Assembly: GCA_016209495.1 (NCBI GenBank)
Contig: JACQVX010000082.1
Coordinates: 1-54,912, forward strand
Direction of reading: 5' to 3'
Origin: Planctomycetota bacterium
GTDB taxonomy: Bacteria; Planctomycetota; JACQVX01
DNA: 54,912 bases
Shown here: one piece after another, positions 18,595 through 26,983 of the stretch
Numbering within the stretch: position 1 is the first letter of the stretch
Layout of the letters: every line of letters begins with the position of its first letter
Translations under genes and position numbers: made by a program
The notes under the pieces: model-generated
Told to the model about the DNA's origin: nothing
Seen by the model: the letters and a program-made list of their open reading frames with translations, nothing else
Database searches by the model: none

Positions 18595-20609
18595 CGGGGG
18601 ACCTCGCCCGTGGGTCTCCCGGCCCCCCCCCCGAGCGATGGGCCCGGCTCCTGGAGGCGCTGGGTTCCCCGGACGCCAGCCGACAGTACGACGCGTTCCT
18701 CGGCCTGTGCGAGGCGCGCCAGGACGAGACGGTGCGCTCCGTGGCCGCGCGCCTCGACTCCCTCCCCGAGTCCGTCCGGCCCTATGTGGTGCGCTACCTC
18801 GGGCGGGTAGGCACGCGGGAGGCGGAGCGCCAGCTCCTCGCCCTCATCCGGCGCCGCGAGGAACCCTACCGGCGGCTGGCCTTCCATGCCCTGGGAGGGC
18901 TCGCCACGCGGCAGCGGGTGGAGGCCCTGCTGGAGCTCCTGGCCGGGACCGACCCCGAAGAGGTGGCCTTCGCGATCCGCGGCCTCGGCCGTTCCCGGCG
19001 CGAGCGCGCGGTGATGCCGCTCCTGGCGCGGTACCCCGCCCTCGAACCCCCGCTCCGGGTGGAGGTCCTCCGGGCCCTGGAGCGGATCCGGGACCCGCGC
19101 GGCCTGGAGGTGGGCCGCGCGGCCCTGCGGGACCCGGACCCGGAGGTGGTCGGCAAGGGGCTCAGGCTCCTGCGCCACCTGGGGGGGCGCGCCGACGTCG
19201 GCCGTGTGGTGCGGCTCCTGGGTCACGACCACCCGGGGGTGCGCCGCCGCGCCTGCTGGTGCCTGGGCCGGTTGCGCTCGGGCCGCTCGCACAGGGCCCT
19301 CGTGCGGGCACTGGGGGGGGACCCGGAGCCGGCGGTGCGCACGGAGGCGGCCCGCGCCCTGGGGGCCTACCCGGTCGCCCGGACCGCGCGCGCCCTCCTG
19401 GCCGCCGCGGCCCGGGACCGCTCGGCCCAGCCCCGGCGCATCGCCGGCTTCACCCTGGCCGCCCTTGCCGGCCGCCCCGTGGACGCCTGCCTGCGGCGCG
19501 CCCTCCGGGGCGCGGACGACACCCTGCGGGTGGCGGCGGCGGAGCAGGCGGGCCTGCGTGGGCTCCGGGAGGCCGCCCCCACCCTCGTGGCCCTCGTCCA
19601 GGAAAGCTCCTCGCCGCTCCGTCTCCGGGTGTCGGCCGCGGAGGCCCTCGGACGGCTGGGGGCCCAGGAGGCCATGGAGGCGCTGGGCGTGGCCCTGGGG
19701 GGCGAGGCCCCCCTGGCCTATGCGGCGGCCCAGTCCCTCACGGAGCTGGCCGCCTCGCGGGGGCCGGACGCCCTGCTCCCGTTCCTCGCCCCCGCGGGGG
19801 CCAGGGGCCGGGCCGCCGACGTCTCCCAGGTCTTCGCCCTCCACCTGGTCAAGGTGGCGAGGGTGAGACCCCTGTCCGCGGAGGTCCTCGGCGCGGTGCG
19901 GGGCTGGCTCGCCTCCCCGGTGATCAACGACCGGTATCTCGCGGCCCGGATCCTCCTCCGGGCCGGGTCGGCAGCCGACCTCGAGGCCCTGGGCCGCGTG
20001 GCCACCGGGGACACGGACCCGGACGTGAGGCTGGCGGCCCACGGGGCCGCCCGGGCCGTGGCGCTTCGCGACGGGGCCGCCCTGGCGGAGAGGCTGGCCG
20101 CCGGCGAGCTGCCCGCGGGGCGGCTCACCTGGCGCTGGCTGCGGCGGCTGCCCCTGGAGGGCGTCGAGGTGGGCGGTCTGGTGGAGTCCCTGTTCCTCGG
20201 GACGCGCCGGTGGGGGGCCCCCGAGGTCCTGCGGCTCACCTGCGTCCTGGCCTACTGGTTTCGCCGCTACCCCGAGCTCGTCCTGGACGTGGGCGCCGGG
20301 CGGGAGATGCGCGCCGGCCACCTGGCGCTCCTCCTCAAGGCCCTCTCCCGCGCGGCCGAGCGGCGGGCCCTGGGCCCCCGGGAGCAGCGCTGGGTCCTGG
20401 GCCACCTGGACCACCCCTCCCCCCTCGTTCGCCGGGCCGCCTCGAGCGCGGCCCGCCACGTCTCGCCGGAGGAGGGTCTGAAGACCATGGTCGCCGCGGC
20501 CCACGGCGAGAAGGACGAGGCGGCCCGGCTCATGACCCGCCGCCTCGTGACCCAATGGATGCGCTCCCCCGAGGGCCGCCTGCCGCCGGTGCGCAAGGCG
20601 ACCTCGTGA
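18549..20609 (+). CDS. HEAT/PBS-lyase-repeat protein in the pel operon
   Basis: Many HEAT-like repeats ('LRDPDPEVV', 'LGHDHPGVRRRACWCLG', 'DPEPAVRTEAARALG', 'DTDPDVRLAA', 'LDHPSPLVRRAA'). Start uncertain (GTG 18549 or 18564); the stop overlaps the pelF GTG. Confidence 0.8.
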   Translation: MGDPAVADGRTDAGLAGDLARGSPGPPPERWARLLEALGSPDASRQYDAFLGLCEARQDETVRSVAARLDSLPESVRPYVVRYLGRVGTREAERQLLALIRRREEPYRRLAFHALGGLATRQRVEALLELLAGTDPEEVAFAIRGLGRSRRERAVMPLLARYPALEPPLRVEVLRALERIRDPRGLEVGRAALRDPDPEVVGKGLRLLRHLGGRADVGRVVRLLGHDHPGVRRRACWCLGRLRSGRSHRALVRALGGDPEPAVRTEAARALGAYPVARTARALLAAAARDRSAQPRRIAGFTLAALAGRPVDACLRRALRGADDTLRVAAAEQAGLRGLREAAPTLVALVQESSSPLRLRVSAAEALGRLGAQEAMEALGVALGGEAPLAYAAAQSLTELAASRGPDALLPFLAPAGARGRAADVSQVFALHLVKVARVRPLSAEVLGAVRGWLASPVINDRYLAARILLRAGSAADLEALGRVATGDTDPDVRLAAHGAARAVALRDGAALAERLAAGELPAGRLTWRWLRRLPLEGVEVGGLVESLFLGTRRWGAPEVLRLTCVLAYWFRRYPELVLDVGAGREMRAGHLALLLKALSRAAERRALGPREQRWVLGHLDHPSPLVRRAASSAARHVSPEEGLKTMVAAAHGEKDEAARLMTRRLVTQWMRSPEGRLPPVRKATS

Positions 20610-22116
20610 ACGCCGATGTCTGCCTCTTCCTGGAGGGGACCTACCCTTACGTGGCCGGCGGGGTCTCGTCCTGGGTCCATGCCCTCCTGCGCGACCTCTC
20701 GTCCCTCCGGTTCTCCCTGGTCTACCTGGGGGCCTCCGAGGAGATGGAGCGGGAGTTCCAGTACCCCATCCCGGACAACGTCGTGGAGTTCCGGGAGGTC
20801 TTCCTCCAGGGCTCCGTCCCCCCCCGCGGCGCAGGCCGCGCCGAGTCCTCGGGGCCGAGGACTGGGACCGGGTGCGGCGCTTCCACCGGGGTCTCAGGGA
20901 CGGGGACCTGGGCCCCTTCGAGGAGCTGGTGACCCGGAGCTTCGTCCCCGGGCGCGTGGCCATCGAGGAACTGGCTTACGGGGAAGGGGCCTGGCGGGCG
21001 GTCCTGGAACTCTACGGCCGGAACGAGGAGGAACCGCCGTTCATCGACTATTTCTGGACCTGGCGCTTCACCCATCTCCCCATCTTCCGCGCCCTGCTGG
21101 CCGAGGTCCCGCGGGCCCACTGCTACCACGCGGTCTCCACGGGCTACGCGGGGCTCATGGCCGCGGCGGCCCGCGTGCGCAGCGGCGCCCCCATGGTCCT
21201 CACCGAGCACGGCATCTACACCCGCGAGCGCCGGCTCGAGATCGCCCACGCGGAGTGGATCCCCGACGCGGACGACGAGCAGGGGCTCGAGGGCCGGGAG
21301 GGCTTCTTCAAGGAGTGGTGGGCGCGGCTCTTCGGGGCCATGGCGCGCATCGCCTACGCCACCGCGGACCAGATCACCACCATCTTCGAGGGGAACCGCA
21401 GGCTGCAGGTGGCCGAGGGCGCGGACCCGGCGCGCATCCGGGTCATCCCCAACGGGGTCGAGGTGGAGGCCTACGAGGGGCTCCGACCCGCGGGGCGCCC
21501 CGGCTCGCCGCCGGTGGTGGCCCTGGTGGGGAGGGTGGTGCCCATCAAGGACGTCAAGACCTTCCTGCGCTCGGTCAAGTCGCTCTCCGAGCGGGTCCCC
21601 GACGTGCAGGTCTGGGTGCTCGGCCCCACCGAGGAGGAGCCGGACTATTTCCGGGACTGCCTGGTTCTCGCGGAGATGCTGGGGATCGAGCACCGGGTGG
21701 ACTTCAAGGGCAAGGTGGACCTCCGGCGCCACTGGGGACAGGTCGACGTCCTGGTCCTCACGAGCATCAGCGAGGGCCAGCCGCTGGTGATCCTGGAGGC
21801 CATGGCCGCCGGTGTCCCCTCGGTGGCCACGGACGTGGGGGCATGCCGCGAGTTGCTGGAAGGCGTGGCCCGTGAAGACCGGGCCCTGGGCCCTTCCGGC
21901 GAGGTCACGCCCATCGGGGACTCGGAGGCCACCGCGCGCGCGGTGGAACGGATCCTCGGCGACGTGGACCTCTACGGCCGGATGGTGGGCTCCGGCCGCA
22001 AGCGGGTCCACCGGTACTATCGCTCCCTGATGGTGAGCGCCCAGTACCAGGAGATCTACGAGGAGCTGCCCCTGCAGGTCCAGGCGGCGGGTGGGGCGCC
22101 ACCATGGCGGGGATAG
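20606..22116 (+). CDS. pelF: PelF GT4 glycosyltransferase, split by a 1-nt frameshift at a C8 run (20818-20825); sequencing error, pseudogene or phase-OFF allele
   Basis: The N-terminus 'DVCLFLEGTYPYVAGGVSSW' is in one frame. The remainder ('FIDYFWTWR', 'HAVSTGYAG', 'LTEHGIYTRER', 'GRVVPIKDVKTF', 'TSISEGQPLVILEA') is in another. Adding one C to the run fuses them. Confidence 0.9.
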
Positions 22117-23513
22117 GCTTCCGGCTCCAGCGGCTCCTGGAGCGAGGGACCACCGGGAGTCAGGTCCAGGCCCTCTTCTATTCGGCCGTCATCTCCTCCG
22201 GGCCGTGGCTCATCTCGGTCCTGTGCCTCGGGCTCCTCACCGTCCTGGCCCCGGCGAACCTGGGCCTGCGCGCCCTGGAGGCCACCCGGGTCACCATCGT
22301 CTACTGTTACGCCCTCTCCCTCATCACCGTGGGCCTGGTGCACATGGTCCTGACGCGCCACGTGGCGGACAAGCTCTTCGCCGCCGACGACAGCGCCCTG
22401 GTGCCCACCTTCTTCACCTCGGGGGCGGTCCTCGTGGCCGTCCAGCTCGCGTGGGGCCTGGCGGCCGGGGCCCTCCTGGAGGGCCCCATCCTCTACCGAC
22501 TCACCGCCGTGTCCCTCTACATCATCGTGAGCCTCATCTGGCACGCCATGATCTTCCTCAGCGCCGCGCGGGACTTCGAGGCCATCGTGGGAGCCTTCGC
22601 TGCGGGCTCGGCGGTCTGCGTCGGGGCCGCCTGGGTCCTGGGCACCCTGTGGGGCTGGATCGGCTTCCTGGTGGGCTTCACCCTGGGCCAGGGGGTCATC
22701 TGGGCCCTGCTCGCGTGCCGCGTCCTCATCGAATTCGACGCCGAACGGGTCCTGGACCTCTCGGTCCTGGGGGCGTTCCGGAGGTATCCCCAGCTCATCG
22801 GCGTCGGGCTCTTCTACAACCTGGGGATCTGGGTGGACAAGTTCGCCTTCTGGTACGGTCCCGACGGGAGGCCGGTCATCTCCTTCCTCTACACCTACGC
22901 CTACTACGACAGCGCCATGTTCGTGGCCTACCTCACCGTGGTCCCCGCCTCGGCCCTGTTCCTCATCCGCGTGGAGACGGGGTTCTATCAGGCCTACCGG
23001 GACTTCTACGGCGCCATCCACCACAAGGAGGGCCTCTCCTCCGTGCGTGCGCGCCACCGCGCCCTGGGCCGGGCCCTGGACATGGGCCTGGGCGACGTCC
23101 TGAAGGTCCAGGGGGCCATCACGGGCCTGTGCCTCGTCTTCTCGGACGCCATCGCGTCGGGCCTCGCCCTCCCCCCTCCGGCCTTCGGGATGTTCCGCGT
23201 GGGGATCCTGGGGGCCTTCCTCCACACGGTCTTCCTGACGCTGCTCATCATGGTCCTCTACTTCGACCTGAGGCTGGAGGCCCTGCGCCTCTCGGGCCTC
23301 TTCTGCGTGCTGAACCTGGGCCTCACCTTGGCCAGCCAGCGGATGGGCTTCGCCTGGTTCGGATACGGCTATGCGGCGGCGGCCCTGGTGTGCCTCGGCC
23401 TCGCCTACCTGATCCTGGCCCGGAGGGTCCGGCGGCTCCTCTTCCTGACCTTCGTGGGCCAGCCGGTCCTGGTGCCCACCGTGGAGGAGGAGGCGTCGCC
23501 CGGAGGCCTATGA
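22104..23513 (+). CDS. pelG: Pel exopolysaccharide transporter PelG
   Basis: Signature N-terminus 'MAGIGFRL', 'SSGPWL', 'YNLGIWVDKF', 'YDSAMFVAYLTVVP', 'VETGFY', 'GYGY'; multi-TM. Confidence 0.95.
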   Translation: MAGIGFRLQRLLERGTTGSQVQALFYSAVISSGPWLISVLCLGLLTVLAPANLGLRALEATRVTIVYCYALSLITVGLVHMVLTRHVADKLFAADDSALVPTFFTSGAVLVAVQLAWGLAAGALLEGPILYRLTAVSLYIIVSLIWHAMIFLSAARDFEAIVGAFAAGSAVCVGAAWVLGTLWGWIGFLVGFTLGQGVIWALLACRVLIEFDAERVLDLSVLGAFRRYPQLIGVGLFYNLGIWVDKFAFWYGPDGRPVISFLYTYAYYDSAMFVAYLTVVPASALFLIRVETGFYQAYRDFYGAIHHKEGLSSVRARHRALGRALDMGLGDVLKVQGAITGLCLVFSDAIASGLALPPPAFGMFRVGILGAFLHTVFLTLLIMVLYFDLRLEALRLSGLFCVLNLGLTLASQRMGFAWFGYGYAAAALVCLGLAYLILARRVRRLLFLTFVGQPVLVPTVEEEASPGGL

Positions 23514-23885
23514 AGGGACGAAGCGCGAGACGGTCTGGAGGAGCTTCTGCAGCTCGAAGGGCTTGGTCATGTAGTGGGAGGCCCCCACGTCCATGCCCCA
23601 GAACTTGTCCGAGGGCTGGGAGCGCGAGGTGAGGAGCACGACCGGGAGGTCCCTGGTGCGCGCGTCCTCCCGCAGGCTGCGGCAGACCTCGAAGCCGTTC
23701 ACCTCGGGCATCATGACGTCCAGGAGGACCAGGGCGGGCAAGGGGTCCCGCCGCAGGCGCTCCAGGGCCTGCGCCCCGTCGCCGGCCACCTCCACCTCGT
23801 AGCCTGCCTGCCTCAGGCAGGTGGAGACCAGGAGTCGGATCTCCTCGGCATCGTCCACGAGCAGGATCGTCTTCCCGGAACCCAG
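23508..23885 (-). CDS. Stand-alone response regulator receiver, convergent on pelG
   Basis: 'KTILLVDDAEEIR...LVLLDVMMPEVNGFEVCRSL...VVLLTSR...GASHYMTKPF'. Start uncertain: an in-frame stop lies just upstream and only a CTG (23885) precedes the first beta-strand. Confidence 0.85.
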   Translation of the reverse strand: MGSGKTILLVDDAEEIRLLVSTCLRQAGYEVEVAGDGAQALERLRRDPLPALVLLDVMMPEVNGFEVCRSLREDARTRDLPVVLLTSRSQPSDKFWGMDVGASHYMTKPFELQKLLQTVSRFVPS

Positions 23886-23957
23886 ACCCCCGCCCTCGCT
23901 TCCGGTCGGGTATTAAGCACGCGGGGCCTTGCAGGTCAAGGTGTCCGCGCGCGGGGG

Positions 23958-23986
23958 TTGCCCCGGGGGCCCCCATCCGGCACAAT
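23958..23986 (+). promoter_or_regulatory. Sigma-70-like promoter of the tRNA-Ser gene
   Basis: TTGCCC-N17-CACAAT followed by a GC-rich discriminator, ending 10 nt before the tRNA 5' end. Confidence 0.65.
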
Positions 23987-23996
23987 CGCCCGGCCC

Positions 23997-24035
23997 GGAG
24001 AGGTGCCAGAGTGGTCGAATGGGCCGGTTTCGAAA
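23997..24035 (+). tRNA. 5' half of tRNA-Ser(CGA), interrupted after the anticodon loop (probable att junction)
   Basis: GGAGAGG-TG-CCAGAGTGGTCGAATGG-G-CCGGT-TTCGAAA gives the acceptor 5' strand, D arm, anticodon stem and 7-nt loop with CGA. The expected ACCGG and the rest of the tRNA are replaced by GTCAAC; no 3' half was found in the window. Confidence 0.85.
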
Positions 24036-24516
24036 GTCAACACCCCTTGAATTCACAAGACCTGCCATCGGCGCGAGTTCCGCCCCAAGCCCCTCTGCAC
24101 ATCGCTCTTGGGTAGGTCAACCCTCGTCGAGCAGCGTCAATCAGCGTCAACCCAAGTCACGTGATTTGCCATCCTGCGAACCGGGTAGTGGCAAAGATCT
24201 GGCAAAGCGCGACCGCGTGCCGGGGGATTCCCGCTCGGCCACCTGTCGTCCTGACCCCCTGGTTCGGCATGCCGAACCGAGGGGCCGGATTCTTCGGGCC
24301 CACCCTGGTGCCGTGCGCCGTGTGCCACCGCAGGTAGCACACCGCAGCCATACCGGCGGGCCGAACCCGTCAGCCGACAGCGCCGTCGCGTCTCACGCTC
24401 CTTGAGACTCACGGCCTGACCCCTCACCCCCTCGGTCCAGGGTGATGTAGATCATCTTCACCTCGCACACGCCTGACAGGCGGCCCTGGCGGTCCGGCGA
24501 AGGAAGTTAGGATTCC

Positions 24517-24548
24517 TTGTCCGATGGGGCCGGCTCATCCCAATAGGG
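24517..24548 (+). promoter_or_regulatory. Repeated ICE motif copy 1 (putative ECF promoter)
   Basis: TTGTCCGATggggccggcTCATCCCAATAGGG, upstream of ORF 24692. Confidence 0.75.
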
Positions 24549-24607
24549 AGCGGAGGGGTCGTTCGGGCGTCAAGGCAACGGGAGGCCCGACGACTCTCGC
24601 TTGGAGA

Positions 24608-24672
24608 AGCGGGACTCGTCGGAGTCTCGCTTGAGTACAGAGTGTATTAGCGGGACTCGTCCGGGGTCCTGC
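24608..24672. repeat. Pair of 13-bp direct repeats, each forming an imperfect hairpin
   Basis: AGCGGGACTCGTC at 24608-24620 and 24649-24661. The first pairs with GAGTCTCGCTT, the second imperfectly with GGGTCCTGC. Confidence 0.7.
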
Positions 24673-24691
24673 AGGCGCAGGGGAGGAAGCG

Positions 24692-25189
24692 ATGGGGGCA
24701 CAGAAGACCTTCCAGGGGGGCATGGATCACGGGGACGCACTCGGCCAGGTCGAGGCGCTGCTGAGCGAGGTAGAGCAGAACATGGAGGACCTGGCCCGGC
24801 TCTTCCGCGCAGAGTTCCCGGCGCGCAGGGTGGGTGACCTCATCCTCCGAGTGGAGCCCGTACAGCGGTTCGTCTCCGGGACCTTTCGGGAGGTGCCGGC
24901 AGGGCTGGAGTGGCGATGTCTGGCCCGCATCCGCTGCGATGGGGGCACCCCCTGGACCCGCCGCGCGGGGTTGCGCCTGTCCAGGGGCTTCATCGAACGG
25001 GCGGACCGTCGCGGACAGGGGGACCGGCTCGTCTGGTTCGACGTGGAGTGCGGACGCCTACGCAAGGTCCGCAAGCAGATCGTCGGAGCGCTGGACCGCA
25101 TCCGCAAGCAGCTCCTGGCCATCCTGGCGAAGGACCCGCACTCCATCGACGACCTCAGCCCGGTGACGTCGGCCCTGGGCCAGGGGTAG
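24692..25189 (+). CDS. Hypothetical ICE protein (basic, helical; position reminiscent of MobI/DUF3158-type mobilisation genes)
   Basis: 165-aa ORF with a GGAGG RBS, directly downstream of motif copy 1. No family recognised with confidence. Confidence 0.65.
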   Translation: MGAQKTFQGGMDHGDALGQVEALLSEVEQNMEDLARLFRAEFPARRVGDLILRVEPVQRFVSGTFREVPAGLEWRCLARIRCDGGTPWTRRAGLRLSRGFIERADRRGQGDRLVWFDVECGRLRKVRKQIVGALDRIRKQLLAILAKDPHSIDDLSPVTSALGQG

Positions 25190-25300
25190 GGGTAGGGTTA
25201 GGGGATGCCGGGTCGGCGCCGAAGGGATGATTTCTTGTTGCCCCATCGAGCGATCTGCTGGCGTGTTATGGTTCTGCCCCGCCACTGCCTCGATGATTCT

Positions 25301-25332
25301 TTGTCCGATCAGCCCCGTTCATCCCAATAGGG
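25301..25332 (+). promoter_or_regulatory. Repeated ICE motif copy 2 (putative autoregulatory ECF promoter)
   Basis: TTGTCCGATcagccccgtTCATCCCAATAGGG, 40 nt upstream of the ZAS gene ATG. Confidence 0.75.
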
Positions 25333-25372
25333 GGATGAAGAGGACGTGATCCCCACGTCGGAGGCCGGCGAC

Positions 25373-25972
25373 ATGGCAACCCAGCACCTGAGCGAAGAGT
25401 CCCTCCTCCTCTACAGCATGCGCCTCGACCTGCTGAAGGCCGCAGAACGCCGGGGCGACGGGGGGCGCAACCCCGCCCTGCACACCGCCGAGGAGGTGGC
25501 GGCCATCCGGCTGCACCTGCGCACCTGCCCCGACTGCGTGATGCGGCTCGACCGCCACCTCATGCTGAAGTTCCCCATGCCTGGCGAGCCCCTCTGGGAG
25601 CAGGACGAGGCGGAGGACATCGAGGAGCAGACTCCGGGCGTCCCTCCTCACGCCCTGCAGCGGGCCGCCGCCGAGACCGCCCTCGACGTAGGGGAGGAGG
25701 TGACGGCCGACCGGACCGACCCCTTCGTCACGCTGGGCGGCGTGGAGTTCGGCCGCTTCCGGCAGCGACGCACTCGCTTCGTCGTCTACGACGAGGGCTA
25801 CGCCGGCCGCACGATCCGGGTCACCGCGCCGGCCGAAGAACCCATCGCTTGCGCTGTCGACCGCTTCCTGCGCTTCGACCTCAGCGAGCCCGAGGCCGTG
25901 CGTTTCGAGCGGCTCGTCGAGGGCGGGGCGACCCTCACCGTCGAGTTCCCGGGCCGAGAGCACCTCGACTAG
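25373..25972 (+). CDS. Soluble zinc-finger (ZAS, zf-HC2-like) anti-sigma-type protein
   Basis: 'HLSEESLLLY...IRLHLRTCPDC' gives H...HxxxCxxC; GGAGG RBS; no TM segment; immediately upstream of an ECF sigma gene. Confidence 0.7.
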   Translation: MATQHLSEESLLLYSMRLDLLKAAERRGDGGRNPALHTAEEVAAIRLHLRTCPDCVMRLDRHLMLKFPMPGEPLWEQDEAEDIEEQTPGVPPHALQRAAAETALDVGEEVTADRTDPFVTLGGVEFGRFRQRRTRFVVYDEGYAGRTIRVTAPAEEPIACAVDRFLRFDLSEPEAVRFERLVEGGATLTVEFPGREHLD

Positions 25973-26068
25973 ACCGTAGCGGGCGCCGCATGCACGGTGC
26001 CCCTCGACACCAGCGGACACCAGTCGCACGACCATCGCGGTGGTGCCGCCAGGGGGGAGACGCATAAG

Positions 26069-26920
26069 ATGATCGTGACGATGACCGAACTGCCCGAGAC
26101 CGACGAGCTGATGGGAGACCCCCTCTTCGTCGCCTATCGGGACATCCACGACAGCCTGCGCGGCATGTTCGCAAAGGAGGTCGGCGTCTACATGGTGGAC
26201 GACCTGATCCAGGACACCTGGGTCCGCGTGCAAGAGAGCCGGGGGAACTGGGACCCGGAGCGTCCTCCCCACCCCTGGATTCGCGGCATCGCCCGCAACC
26301 TCCTCCACGAGTTCATCGAGACGGAACACGTCCGCGGTTCGATCCACGAGCGGGAGTTCTCCCGGCGGCTGGGCCAGGAAGGCGCCGACGGGGCGCCCCT
26401 GCGCATGCTGCGCGCCGGCGGCATCGTCGAGGATGTGGACGAAGAGCTCCCCTGTGCCCCCTTGGATCGACGCGAGCAGGTGGAGATCCTATGGAGCTGC
26501 CTGCGGGAGGTCTCCAATCGCCGCGTCCCCTACCGGACCGCCCTGGCCCTCTTCATGGGCCGCATCCCCTACCTGCGCATCGCCCGCTACATCGGACGCG
26601 ACCTGCACCACACCCACCGGGTCGTGGACCGCGGCCGCGTCAAGCTCGATGACCTGGTGGAGAAACACCAGCAGGACTGGGACCGGCGCTCTGACCACGC
26701 CCGGTCTTCCTGGTCCCCTGAGAAGATGGACGCCGTGCGCAAGTGCTGGGACTGGATCAGCACCCTGCCGCCCGATTGCGACCTGCCCGTGAAGCTTGCT
26801 CTCTTCGGCATGCTGGACTGGGACACGATCCAGGCGCTCGGCGTCACCCTCCCGGCCATGATCCGTCGCCGCGCCGAGGGCTTCGACCGCGCCCTCGTCC
26901 GGGCAGGCTGGTCTGGGTAG
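26069..26920 (+). CDS. ECF-type sigma-70 factor with a C-terminal extra sigma-4-like domain
   Basis: Region 2 'VDDLIQDTWVRV...WDPERPPHPWIRGIARNLLHEF'; region 4-like 'YRTALALFMGRIPYLRIARYIG...VDRGRVKL'; second HTH-like block 'LPPDCDLPVKLALFGMLDWDTIQALGVT...RRRAEG'. Start is ATG 26069 or 26081. Confidence 0.8.
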   Translation: MIVTMTELPETDELMGDPLFVAYRDIHDSLRGMFAKEVGVYMVDDLIQDTWVRVQESRGNWDPERPPHPWIRGIARNLLHEFIETEHVRGSIHEREFSRRLGQEGADGAPLRMLRAGGIVEDVDEELPCAPLDRREQVEILWSCLREVSNRRVPYRTALALFMGRIPYLRIARYIGRDLHHTHRVVDRGRVKLDDLVEKHQQDWDRRSDHARSSWSPEKMDAVRKCWDWISTLPPDCDLPVKLALFGMLDWDTIQALGVTLPAMIRRRAEGFDRALVRAGWSG

Positions 26921-26983
26921 GCCAATCTCCCTGTCCAAGTTTCCGATGGCCTCCCGCCGGCCCGGACCCGTCAGCAGCGGCCT

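Noticed and set aside
24036-24500. Group I intron interrupting the tRNA-Ser
   Set aside because: No 3' exon (ACCGG plus T arm) and no recognisable group I core in the following sequence; an integration junction explains the break better.
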